In this document: in pieces, positions 12,494 through 23,084 of the stretch
Position numbering within the stretch: the stretch's first letter is position 1
How the letters are laid out: each line of letters starts with the position of its first letter
Source: Gammaproteobacteria bacterium
Lineage (GTDB): Bacteria; Pseudomonadota; Gammaproteobacteria; Eutrophobiales; Eutrophobiaceae
NCBI GenBank assembly: GCA_965238225.1
Contig: OZ250183.1
Span: 1,600,001-1,664,000, forward strand
DNA length: 64,000 bases
Direction: 5' to 3'
Position numbers and translations under genes: made by a program
Notes under the pieces: generated by a model
The model's input: only the letters and a program-made list of their open reading frames with translations
Told to the model about the DNA's origin: nothing
Database searches by the model: none

Positions 12494-14224
12494 CAGTTAG
12501 ATCTGTTTCATTTTTTAACCACTCAATTGCGGTTTGTTCGTCTTGTTCGATTGCCATTTCAACGGCTTTTTTCGCACATTCTAAAAGGTGTTTTGATTGT
12601 TTGCGCAAGTTAAAGGATTCAGTGACTTTTTGCTGTATGTCTAATTGCTTTTCCTCTGACAAGATAGGAATGACTGTTTCCTTCACTTGGTCGGGTCGCC
12701 AGTGCAAAATTATCGAGCCACCTACATCGCGGTTGACTTGTTCTTGTATCAATATTGAGTTCAATACTAATGTTAAATATTCATTATTTACTTTATCGGC
12801 TTTATTTTGAAGCCGAATAATACCGCCAGAAAGGATCATTTTTTGTAATTTGTCTTTTAGATAATAAGCAATGCCTGGTGTGCCATCCTTGCTAAGTAAT
12901 ATTTCACCTTGTTTTGGTTGATGATTTTTTGATTTTTCAAAGGGGATATTGCCTTCCTGTGGCGTAAGTTGATTATAAAGCGACGATGAAATGTGTTTTT
13001 CTGTTGATAGTTCAAATGGACTAATATTACTCACTCGAACAAAGGGTATCCCTCCATAAAGGTATTCACTACTTCCTACCTCGATACATTTTTTTATCCG
13101 CACCAAACTATCCAGCAACTCCCAGCCACCCGAATAGTTTTTTATAGCGTTAATAATCTCGTCATATTTTGGCTGGTAGTATTCTGCATCGATGCGTTCT
13201 GCTTGCCGGGTATCGGAATAGTTTTTAATAAAAGTGAGCTGGTGTTTGGGTTGCCAGTGGGTTAAGCCAAGTTCAGAGAGAGGATGCTTTGGGCTTGGGT
13301 GTATAGTTTTCTGATTTCCTAGTTCCCGAAAATGAAATCATTATTTCAATTTGTTCTTGAAATCATTAGATGGAGTAAATACTCTTTAAAAGGTTGTTTG
13401 CTACGCTTTTATCTGAAAAACTCGTATGTTGTGTATTAGATATGTAAGCACTTTATATCTCGTTCTAAGGATTTTCAGCTAAATACATTTTGTATCTTTT
13501 TTTGTTCATTCAGTTACAACAACAGTAATTAAGCTCTAGATATTTTGGTTCTGTCCAGTTTTTGGTATTTATAGAAAGTATTACAAAAAAGATTTTTCTT
13601 GGTTTCTTACAGAATCTAATTGGAATTATCCACATATTTCCAATGTTACGGTTTCCCTAATAATAAAATCAACTAAATTTTCTAAGTATCGATTAAACAC
13701 CTAATACCAATTTTAATATTTCCTATAGTATTCTGCATTTTGATTTAATTGTTTCATCCACCATTTTTTGATAATGTTAGATAAAAATTTAATAACTGTT
13801 CATTCTCTTGTTCATAAATAACTTGATGTAATTTTTATATCATCAGAAGTCCCATCTAAACCAGTTGAGTCTATCTAATCATGTTGTCCAGTAATTTTAA
13901 CTATAACTCAAGGACCATCATTCCAATTAAGAACAGTGTTTTTAAAAGATATTGCTTTATTTTGGTAGCCACACTAGGAGGCAATTTTTCAAAAAAGATC
14001 AGCGTCTTCTAAAGCACTGTAAAGCCTTTGAAATAACCTTTAAAATAATACAATGTTCATCTTTTCCATTGATCAATTCATTGAATCTATTAATGAATTT
14101 CCTTCTTTTTTGCTTCTTCTATAAACCCTCTACCTCTACTGAAACTAGAATATTGAAAATACTCTGCATCAAGACCTTCGCTTGTCTTTTTTCCTTCTTG
14201 AAAATATATTGTCTGACGTTGCAT
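12486..14224 (-). pseudogene. Restriction-modification specificity (S) subunit; 5' half disrupted or garbled
   Basis: C-terminal TRD is intact (GIPFVRVSNI, GEILLSKDGTPGIAY, IPILSEEKQ, AKKAVEMAIEQDE). The central spacer ERIDAEYYQPKY is readable near 13130-13300. 13300-14200 has no continuous frame. Confidence 0.75.
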
Positions 14225-14225
14225 C

Positions 14226-16293
14226 TTATCCGTCCACCCAAAACGACAGATTTTCACTTTTCGCCCATTTAATAAAGGCTTCGGCTATGCCGTCTTGTAA
14301 TTCACTATCGTGATTATGCAGGTCATGGTCAACGATTAAATGCCCATTTTTATCCAGTTTGTACTGACCATTGCCGTTTTTAACATAGATATAATCGCCA
14401 GAATTATCTTTACCGCCTTTTTCAGATACCGCAAAAAAGATAGGATAATCATCCACTTTAGGGCAAAGCTCATCGTGCCATTTTTGCACGAATAAAACGC
14501 TGGTTTTTGTGCCGGTATGCGGTTTGAAGGTGTTGCCATGTAAACCGACTACGCCAAGAATACGCCCATGTTGGGCGATAAATTCGCGTATATGTTTATC
14601 AGAGGTATTGTTAAATCTGCCTTGTGGTAGAACAATCGCCATGCGCCCACCAGGCTTGATAAAATCAAGATTTCTTTCAATAAATAAAATATCTCGCCCC
14701 ACTTTGCTTTGCGCTTTTTTACCGTCTGCTTTAAAACCCAGCTCGTATTGGTGCAGAATACGGTTTTCTTTTATATCGCCAGCAAAAGGCGGATTTGCCA
14801 TGAGAATATCAAAATTAAATTGTTTGTCTTGGCCTTTTTCGGATCGTAGTTTTTCCAATCGTTTAAAACCTTTGCCATAGGTGTTCATCCATTTTTTATC
14901 TTTTTCGGTTTTATCACTCCAACATTAAAGTCTAGTGTATTGAGGTGTAGCATATTGGTTTCACCATCACCCGCAATAAGGTTTAACGTTCGGGCAACCC
15001 TGACCGTTTTTTCATCAAACTCGATACCAAAAACTTTAAGTACATGCCCTTATCTTTACTGGGTATTTCAGCATTGGTAAATAAATGCCCCGTGAGTTTG
15101 AAAATAGTGTGAACAGGAAAACCACAACTGCCAGAGGCAGTATCGATCATATACTCGCCCCGTTTGGGGTTGAGCATTTGCACGCACATATCAATGACAT
15201 GGCGAGGGGTGAAATACTGCCCTTTTTCACCTTTGGCGGATTTATTGACCAAATATTCAAAGGCTTCATCCACCACCAACAAATTAGAATTAAATAATTT
15301 GACATCTTGCAAACTCGACACACAAACCGACAGGTGGCTGTCGGATAATTCAAAACTTGAACCCTCTGCAAACACCCCTGACCATTGGTCTTTGGCTTTA
15401 TCAAACAAGGTTTGAATTTTATTTTTTAGTTCGGTATCGGTTTGCCCTGTGTTTCTAAACTCTAACAGCGGAATTTGTATCATCATTGATACCTGTAAGG
15501 GTATTTTTAATGTTGCTCATAATCCGCTCTATTCGTCATCATCAAGATTTTGGTCAAGGTAACCCTCGATCTTCGTTTTATCTTCTTTGCTATCAAATTC
15601 ATCGTAAAGCTTGGTAAATATCAGTTTAAAAACCTCTTCAAAAACATCGACCCCTGCATTGGCTAAAACTTCATCCTCCATTTCTAAAATAATATCTTTT
15701 AAGGACTTTCGCTCATTAGCAATTTTGTCCTTGATAATGAGGTCTTTTAAGGTAAAGCGTTCATTCAGAATATCCTTTAGGCTTTGATTTGATTTTGGTA
15801 TATCGGTTATGTCTTCAAAATAATTTGGGTCTTTACGGTGATAATGGGATATTTTCTCGCCGTTCGTCCATACACCAATAGGTGCACCAGTAGCGTTACA
15901 GTAAGAGCGAAGCTGATTTTTACCGTCTTTGAGTTTTGGCTTTTTTAGCTCAATAACAATATAGGGGGTGTCGGTACGGTCTTTATCAAAAATGACAATA
16001 TCAGCACTTTTCTTTTCTCTGCCGAAATTGACTAAGTATTCAAAGGCAAGGCGTTTTGCGGGGTAGCCATATTCATTGATTAACCGTGTGGCGTAAAGCT
16101 GGCGGACAATTTCCTCTGGCTTTAGTTGAATATCTTTATTACGAATAACACATTGAATGTATGGTGTTTCTTTACCTCGGATGGTTTTGGTAAAAACTTT
16201 CTTAAGCAATGCTTCAATTTCATCTGTTGAAAATAGGGTAAGATGATAATTGCTGTCTCTAAGTATCGTTTGGATAATGTCTGATTGTGTCAT
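14226..16293 (-). pseudogene. HsdR_N-type nuclease fused to N6-adenine methyltransferase, split into 3 ORFs
   Basis: 15529-16293: KPEEIVRQ, ADIVIFD, IELKKP (PD-(D/E)xK). 14983-15486: GQYFTPRHV, IDTASGSCGF. 14226-14888: NPPF. The breaks may be real or sequencing indels. Confidence 0.8.
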
Positions 16294-16372
16294 TTATTTT
16301 CCGTTTTATTTGCTCTGTGCCATAAATTGCCAGTTTTTTCTAGCATTCAGTAGATAATACCAAAAATGATGA

Positions 16373-18394
16373 TCATTTTTTAGGTTCTGATAAGCCAAGA
16401 CTATGTTCCCTAAGATGCTGTACCGCATCCCTCAACATAGCTGCTTCTTCAAATTCAAGATTTCGTGCATGAAGATACATTTTTGCTTCTAGTTGCTTCA
16501 TTTTTTTTGCTGCAAGCTCGGGCGTTAAGCTTGAATAATCTGCCTTTTGCCCCGTGACTTTATCGGAGTATTCTGCGGTACTCGGTCGAGCACTGCGGGC
16601 ACCGGCCATGATATCCGTGACAGATTTTGTGATGCCCGTCGGAGTAATATTATTATCTTGATTAAATTGCACTTGCTTGGCGCGACGACGAACCATTTCA
16701 TCCATAGCACGCTGCATCGAACCTGTGACCTTGTCCGCATAAAAAATACCTTTACCATTCACGTGTCTTGCAGCACGTCCTATGGTTTGCACAAGGCTGG
16801 TTTCAGAACGCAAAAAACCTTCTTTATCGGCATCTAATATAGCGACTAAGGATGCTTCCGGGATATCCAAGCCTTCTCGAAGCAGGTTGATGCCGACCAA
16901 TACATCAAATTCACCCAGACGTAAATCCCGTATTATTTCGACTCTTTCGACGGTTTCAATGTCTGAATGCAAATAACGAACTCTGGCATCGTGCTCTTCA
17001 AGATATTCTGTAAGATCTTCAGCCATGCGTTTGGTTAATGTAGTGACCAGCACACGCTCGTTGAGTTTGGCTTTAAGATTAATCTCTGAAAGTAAATCAT
17101 CAACCTGCGTTGCAGAAGGACGAACTTCTACAACAGGATCCAATAATCCTGTAGGTCTTACCAGTTGTTCGACTGTATTGCCAGAGTATTCCAGCTCATA
17201 CTTGCCTGGTGTCGCAGATGTATAAATAGTTTGCGGCATAAATTTTTCAAATTCATCAAACCGTAATGGCCGATTATCAAGCGCGGAAGGAAGACGAAAA
17301 CCGTATTCCACAAGCTTTTCCTTCCTTGATCTATCGCCTTTGTACATGCCACCAAGTTGCGGCACAGTCACATGACTTTCATCAATGACCAGCAAAGCAT
17401 CTTTGGGCAAATAATCAAGTAATGTTGGAGGTGGCTCACCCGCGCGCCGACCGGATAAATAACGCGAGTAATTTTCTATTCCAGAGCAATAACCAATCTC
17501 AAGGATCATCTCGATATCGAATCGAGTACGTTGCTCAATACGTTGTGCCTCAACCAGCTTATTAAGCGCAATAAATTCACTCACCCGCTCTTTGAGCTCC
17601 AGTTTAATTTCTTCGACTGCGTTTATCAGCGTCTGTCTTGTGGTCGCATAATGTGATTTAGGATGGATTGTAATTCTTGGGATTTTGTTAAAAACTTCGC
17701 CCGTTAAAGGATCAAACCATGCCAGACTCTCAATTTCATCATCGAATAATTCTATGCGAATTGCATCGCGCGCAGATTCTGCTGGAAAAACATCAATCAC
17801 ATCACCGCGAACTCGATAAGTGCCACGTTGCAGTTCGATATCATTTCTCGTGTATTGAATTTCTGCCAAACGCCGTAACAAATTACGTTGGTTAAGCTGA
17901 TCTCCCACGCTTAAATGTACGACCATATTCAGATAAGTCTTGGGATCGCCCAAACCAAAAATTGCAGAAACCGTCGCAACGATGATTGTATCTGGCCGTT
18001 CTAACAGCGACTTAGTTGCCGACAAACGCATTTGCTCTATATGCTCATTGATTGATGCATCTTTTTCTATGTAGGTGTCGCTTGCCGGCACATAAGCCTC
18101 AGGTTGATAATAATCGTAGTAAGAAACAAAGTACTCAACCGCATTTTTTGGGAAAAATTCTTTCATTTCCCCGTAAAGCTGCGCAGCAAGCGTCTTATTA
18201 TGCACAAGTATTAACGTCGACCGCTTTATTTCTTTTACAACATTAGCAATAGAATATGTCTTACCAGAACCCGTAACACCAAAGAGGACTTGATGGGCAA
18301 GACCATCTTGCAAGCCCTGCAAAAGACTTATTATCGCAGCAGGCTGATCGCCGGCTGGTCTATAATCTGAAATTAACTTGAAATCTTTGTGCAT
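16373..18394 (-). CDS. uvrB: Excinuclease ABC subunit B
   Basis: [27 protein letters not shown]-terminal UVR domain. Confidence 0.99.
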   Translation of the reverse strand: MHKDFKLISDYRPAGDQPAAIISLLQGLQDGLAHQVLFGVTGSGKTYSIANVVKEIKRSTLILVHNKTLAAQLYGEMKEFFPKNAVEYFVSYYDYYQPEAYVPASDTYIEKDASINEHIEQMRLSATKSLLERPDTIIVATVSAIFGLGDPKTYLNMVVHLSVGDQLNQRNLLRRLAEIQYTRNDIELQRGTYRVRGDVIDVFPAESARDAIRIELFDDEIESLAWFDPLTGEVFNKIPRITIHPKSHYATTRQTLINAVEEIKLELKERVSEFIALNKLVEAQRIEQRTRFDIEMILEIGYCSGIENYSRYLSGRRAGEPPPTLLDYLPKDALLVIDESHVTVPQLGGMYKGDRSRKEKLVEYGFRLPSALDNRPLRFDEFEKFMPQTIYTSATPGKYELEYSGNTVEQLVRPTGLLDPVVEVRPSATQVDDLLSEINLKAKLNERVLVTTLTKRMAEDLTEYLEEHDARVRYLHSDIETVERVEIIRDLRLGEFDVLVGINLLREGLDIPEASLVAILDADKEGFLRSETSLVQTIGRAARHVNGKGIFYADKVTGSMQRAMDEMVRRRAKQVQFNQDNNITPTGITKSVTDIMAGARSARPSTAEYSDKVTGQKADYSSLTPELAAKKMKQLEAKMYLHARNLEFEEAAMLRDAVQHLREHSLGLSEPKK

Positions 18395-18469
18395 AAAGTA
18401 TTTGTTAGTAGCGACGTTTCAAGTATATTACATATCCTGTGATGACCAACAGAATTTGAGAATGCAGAA

Positions 18470-19654
18470 TTGGACATAAAACTCTCCCAACGCGCTAACA
18501 GCATCAAACCTTCACCAACACTTGCGGTCTCTGCGAAAGCAGGTCAGTTGAGATCTGAGGGTAAAAATATTATTGGACTTGGTGCCGGTGAACCAGATTT
18601 CGATACCCCCGAGCACATCAAAGAGGCCGCTATTTCGGCACTTGCCGATGGCTTCACCAAATATACAGCCGTGGGTGGCACAACAGATCTAATTCAAGCA
18701 ATTATCCAGAAGTTTAAAAGGGAAAACAATCTGCAATATGATGCGAATCAAATCCTTGTTTCCTGTGGCTGCAAACACAGCCTGTATAACCTAATGCAGG
18801 CTCTTTTGAACCCTAGTGATGAAGTCATTATCCCCGCCCCTTATTGGGTCTCCTATCCCGACATGGCAAAATTGGCAAATGCTGTGGCGGTGATCATCGA
18901 GCCCGGAGAGCAAGACGATTTGAAAATTAGCCCTAAAAAACTACAGGCTGCTATTACCAATAAAACAAGATTATTCATCCTTAACAGTCCATCCAATCCA
19001 ACAGGCGTTTGTTATACGTCGGGCGAACTTGCTGCGCTCGGTGAAATATTAATGAATTATCCAGATATTATTATTGCCACCGATGATATCTACGAACATA
19101 TACTCTGGGGTCTAGAGGCTTTTAAAAATATTGTGAATGTTTGCCCCGAGCTTTACGAGCGTACGGTTGTGTTAAATGGCGTTTCCAAGGCATATTCCAT
19201 GACCGGATGGCGTATTGGTTACGCCGCAGGAGATGCTTTGTTAATAAATGCAATGAAAAAGATTCAGTCGCAAAGCACCTCGAATCCAACCTCGATTGCT
19301 CAGGTCGCCGCACAGGCAGCTCTGGAAGGCGAACAATCCTACATCAGTACGAGTAATAAAATATTCAAAGAGCGTCATGATTATGTCCACAAACAATTAA
19401 ACAAGATTGCAGGCGTAAAATGCCATGCCTCTCACGGTACCTTTTATATTTTCCCCAATTTTCAGGGTGTTATTGAGCGCATGGAAAATATCTCTAATGA
19501 TATAGAATTAGCTCAGTACCTTCTTGAAGAAGGAGGCGTATCAATGGTGCCTGGCTCTGCATTTGGCGCTGCGGGGTACATGCGTATTTCATTTGCAGTC
19601 AGCATGGAAAACTTACAAAAGGGCATGCAGCGAATAGAAAAGGTGCTGGCATAA
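18470..19654 (+). CDS. PLP-dependent aspartate aminotransferase (class I/II)
   Basis: GEPDFDTP, PYWVSY, NSPSNPTG, DDIY, SKAYSMTGWRIG. Confidence 0.92.
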   Translation: MDIKLSQRANSIKPSPTLAVSAKAGQLRSEGKNIIGLGAGEPDFDTPEHIKEAAISALADGFTKYTAVGGTTDLIQAIIQKFKRENNLQYDANQILVSCGCKHSLYNLMQALLNPSDEVIIPAPYWVSYPDMAKLANAVAVIIEPGEQDDLKISPKKLQAAITNKTRLFILNSPSNPTGVCYTSGELAALGEILMNYPDIIIATDDIYEHILWGLEAFKNIVNVCPELYERTVVLNGVSKAYSMTGWRIGYAAGDALLINAMKKIQSQSTSNPTSIAQVAAQAALEGEQSYISTSNKIFKERHDYVHKQLNKIAGVKCHASHGTFYIFPNFQGVIERMENISNDIELAQYLLEEGGVSMVPGSAFGAAGYMRISFAVSMENLQKGMQRIEKVLA

Positions 19655-19697
19655 GTAGATTTACTTGAGAATGAGCCAATTTTTACACATGCAATAG

Positions 19698-19726
19698 TTG
19701 ACCAGCATTCACCACATAAGTAACAT
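19698..19726 (+). promoter_or_regulatory. Sigma70-type promoter of tRNA-Asn
   Basis: TTGACC-17 bp-TAACAT just upstream of the tRNA. Confidence 0.55.
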
Positions 19727-19739
19727 TCGCAGTTCGCAT

Positions 19740-19815
19740 TCCTCGGTAGCTCAGTCGGTAGAGCGGGTGACTGTTAATCACTAGGTCGGCGGTTCGAGCC
19801 CGTCCCGAGGAGCCA
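19740..19815 (+). tRNA. tRNA-Asn(GTT)
   Basis: TCCTCGG/CCGAGGA acceptor, anticodon loop CTGTTAA, GGTTCGAGCCC T-arm, CCA. Confidence 0.97.
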
Positions 19816-19954
19816 TTTCTTTTTTAACTTACTTCTAAATACTCACTTCTAAATACTTCATGCAAATTTTTTCCATCCTTATTAATCCATTCTTTCCAAC
19901 CATTGGTAGATGCACCCATACAAAAATCAGAAGCACCGCTCGGCGAATTAAATA

Positions 19955-20848
19955 TTAATAAGCCATAGGCTTTACATCATTGACCATCCGCTCAACCTGA
20001 TGCGCTATTTTGCCAATCAGTTGTTCAGATAATTCCTGCTCTCTTAATTGCGGAAATATATTTTCTGGTGATTTACCATTGTATACATATACTTTTGCTC
20101 TTATTCTCCTATCAATAAACCAACCTACGATAGACAAAACAGGAACCACGCTTATATCCTCGCCAACAGCCGAACTTAGTTCCGTCGATAGCCATCTGGA
20201 AGAAGATTTAACCTGGATAATCGGCTCAGTTTCCTTCCATGACGGAAATTGTAATGATTCACCATCATAGACAACTGTTGCATTATCCTTACCTTTGCCT
20301 GTTAAACTCTTTGACCTCCCTTTTGTCTCTACTGCAAACACACCATTCTTGCCTATAAAAATATGGTCAATATTAAATTTATTACCGGGAATATCATGAA
20401 AAACTTTATACCCTAATGACAGTAGCTTATTTAATTCTTGGCCTGTTGCACGCTCCGCGTCGTAACCAAGCCTTTTGTTTTCTATCTCTTTTAATATGTT
20501 GAATAATTTATATACAAAATAACCCATCATACCAATCGTCGCCAGTGAGTTAATTATGTAACGACTGATTGTTTCAGGCGTTCCGCTGATATACGAATCG
20601 GAAAGATGTATAGAAATAAAAAATAATGGAATTATTATAATTATAAATACCGTGCAAGAATAATCAATTTTTAACTCGTTTATTTCGCGCAGCAGGCTCT
20701 CGCCTGGCGCTCTTAGAATCTTTATTGTTAATGGATTTTTTCTCTTCTTTACTTTCTGTTTCAGAAAATCAACAATGCAAGGCAAGCAAAGAATTACTGC
20801 GATAAGTATTATTGCTGGTATTATTGCTATTAATGTTTTCATTTTCAA
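19955..20848 (-). CDS. Membrane-anchored NERD (nuclease-related) domain protein
   Basis: LRAPGESL, TM helices, LGYDAERATG, FHDI...NIDHIFIGKNGVFAVETK. Confidence 0.85.
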   Translation of the reverse strand: MKMKTLIAIIPAIILIAVILCLPCIVDFLKQKVKKRKNPLTIKILRAPGESLLREINELKIDYSCTVFIIIIIPLFFISIHLSDSYISGTPETISRYIINSLATIGMMGYFVYKLFNILKEIENKRLGYDAERATGQELNKLLSLGYKVFHDIPGNKFNIDHIFIGKNGVFAVETKGRSKSLTGKGKDNATVVYDGESLQFPSWKETEPIIQVKSSSRWLSTELSSAVGEDISVVPVLSIVGWFIDRRIRAKVYVYNGKSPENIFPQLREQELSEQLIGKIAHQVERMVNDVKPMAY

Positions 20849-21123
20849 TGATACCCCTATTTCAGTTGTTGAGTATTATATTTCTCTATGAATGTACTTT
20901 GCCTGATTTAGCTATTATTCCTTAGCCCTTATGAAATTATGGTAATAGCTCCATGAGAGCACAAAGTTATATTACGTTTCCGCGACATTCCTACTCCCTT
21001 TCCTCGTGGACTTTTAATCATACGCTCCGTATTTATTCAAGCAATAGTTCGTCTCACTGATTTCTAAGAATAAGAAGCCTTTAAGTCATGCGTCTTTTTT
21101 GGTTAATGATTAGAATGAAATCC

Positions 21124-21558
21124 CTACCTTAGTAACATAAGCCTTGGTATGGCATCCTCATTACTAAATACGATTGCGTTTTGTTCATATTGAATGCCCA
21201 GATGCCGAGCTTCATCTTCTGATAAACCTATAGCCAGAAAATTAGGTTCACTTGGCCACGCGCGCCCTGCATCTTGCCCAAGACCAAGAATAATGACGCA
21301 TTTAATTTTATTGAGTGCAATTTCTAAATCATATTGTTTTGCTATATTTTTCTCATCGGTACATGGTTCGCTGCGTGGGTTATAAGCTGTTATGAATGTT
21401 GAACTCTGCGCATCATATTGACGATGTAATGCATCAAGTTTTTTAGAGTGCTCATTTATATGAATAACAAAATGCTTATTTTCTTGCATAACTATAAAAT
21501 CCGTTTTCATATATGCGCTGATTAAATTCTGTGGAATAACTGTAGGAACCATCTTCAC
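21124..21558 (-). CDS. DUF3293-family protein
   Basis: FITAYNPRS...N...WPSEPNF...LGIQYEQNAI pattern. Confidence 0.75.
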   Translation of the reverse strand: MKMVPTVIPQNLISAYMKTDFIVMQENKHFVIHINEHSKKLDALHRQYDAQSSTFITAYNPRSEPCTDEKNIAKQYDLEIALNKIKCVIILGLGQDAGRAWPSEPNFLAIGLSEDEARHLGIQYEQNAIVFSNEDAIPRLMLLR

Positions 21559-21794
21559 AATTGGTAGTTTAGTTATATAAACACAGATTCTAGATAACCT
21601 AGCACAGGTAGAATCGGCTTGATTTAAGATTCCAAGGATTTTTGTTAAGAGTATGCTAACGCAGCATACTGAAGTCTATATTTTAAAAATACCAAATTAT
21701 ATTAATAGCTGCGTTTTATACTCGCATTTATCCTTTTGCTTATTATGAAATACCATAACAACCATCTTCCCTTAAGGGCTCAAAAAAATTGAGC

Positions 21795-22328
21795 TCATGA
21801 AGACTGCTCATCTCGCACTTTCTTTAGTTCTTCAATTTTACTTCTAAGTTTAAGCGCTTTATTAGCTGTAAAAGAAGTAACGATTACCGCAAACATAGTT
21901 ACAAAGATAGGTGGAGGGGGATTATCTTGAAGCCACTTGACATATTCAAGGATTATTAATATGGCAAAAACTACTGCGCTATATATATAAAACATATATT
22001 TTTCATCAACCAATTGATCTATCGTCTGCTGGATGGATTTTTCAGTTTTTAGCATTTTTCTTAAGTCTTCAATTTTACTTCTAAGTTTAAGCGCTTGATT
22101 GGCTGCAAAAGAAGTAGCGATTATTGCAAACATAGTTACATAAATATGTGGAGGGGGATTATCTTGAAGCCACTTGACATATTCAAGGATTATTAATATG
22201 GCAAAAATTACTGAGCTACAGATATAAAGCGTAAATTTTTTGACAATTAATGTATCTAACATCTCACGGATAGATTGCTCAGATTGCTCAAGCGACTCAG
22301 AATTTGTCGGACTGATTGTTTCATTCAT
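21795..22328 (-). CDS. Hypothetical membrane protein with an internal tandem duplication
   Basis: FAILIILEYVKWLQDNPPP...ALKLRSKIE occurs twice; DNA repeat offset is 237 bp (21829 vs 22066). Confidence 0.7.
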   Translation of the reverse strand: MNETISPTNSESLEQSEQSIREMLDTLIVKKFTLYICSSVIFAILIILEYVKWLQDNPPPHIYVTMFAIIATSFAANQALKLRSKIEDLRKMLKTEKSIQQTIDQLVDEKYMFYIYSAVVFAILIILEYVKWLQDNPPPPIFVTMFAVIVTSFTANKALKLRSKIEELKKVRDEQSS

Positions 22329-22612
22329 GTGCTGAAATCTTCCCTAGCTCAAGGTTTCTAATTAGAGTCCATATTACCCGATTTATTTTGGCTTTTGAAG
22401 GCTTAGTTTTAAAAAAACCAGAATGTCCTAGCGCTACAAATGAAGCTTCGATATCTGTAGATATACCGGTCATCATATTCGTCCAATCTTATTCTAAAGA
22501 ACTCGTCCTAGAAGGAATTATCCAGTCTTTAGCCTTCCGCGCTAATTAAAAAGATTCAAACGGCAAGCCTTTTTCTGTTTGTAAGCGATAGATTTCCCAG
22601 TTGGTTGGCTAT

Positions 22613-23060
22613 CTATTTAAAGTAATCTTTACGCTTTAGATAACTTAAAAATTCATCTTTCAAATCTGAATGTTTAAGTGCATATTCAACGGTTGCCTGA
22701 AGATATCCAATTTTTAAACCTGCAATCGTATTGTTTTCCCGGAAAAGCCAGACTATATACCTCTTCTTTCTTTAATAATGCAGCAATTGCATCTGTCAGT
22801 TGAATTTCTCCGCCAGTATCAGCGCCAATTCTCTCCAATAAATTAAATATTTCTGGAGTCAGGATATAGCGACCAATAACTGCCTTCGTGGAAGGCGCTT
22901 TGCAAAGGCTCTGGCTTTTCTACAATGCCGTTGAGTTTGCCAAGCTCCTGATTTATTTCGTCTGAATCTATAATACCGTATTTGCTTTTGTTTCTGGTAA
23001 AAATCGTGTGCCCAGACCGGCAATTGGAAATATTGCTTTATGAATTCTTTATCCTATTAT
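22613..23060 (-). pseudogene. galU: UTP-glucose-1-phosphate uridylyltransferase, 3' fragment
   Basis: GRYILTPEIF, GGEIQLTDAI and IGYLQATVEYALKH are readable across frameshifts; the N-terminal half is missing. Confidence 0.8.
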
Positions 23061-23084
23061 CTTTTACCTGTAATTGGTATCACA

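Noticed and set aside
14226-16293. Programmed frameshifting or phase variation in the R-M fusion gene
   Set aside because: There are several breaks without a clear slippery or SSR tract, and the neighbouring sequence is error-rich, so decay or assembly error is simpler.
19831-19857. ACTTCTAAATACT direct repeat after tRNA-Asn
   Set aside because: It is short and AT-rich, has only two copies and no partner site was found.
22325-22610. Short minus-strand frame ending in an ATGA overlap with the 21795-22328 gene
   Set aside because: It may be a decayed gene, but I recognise no motif and the region is low quality.
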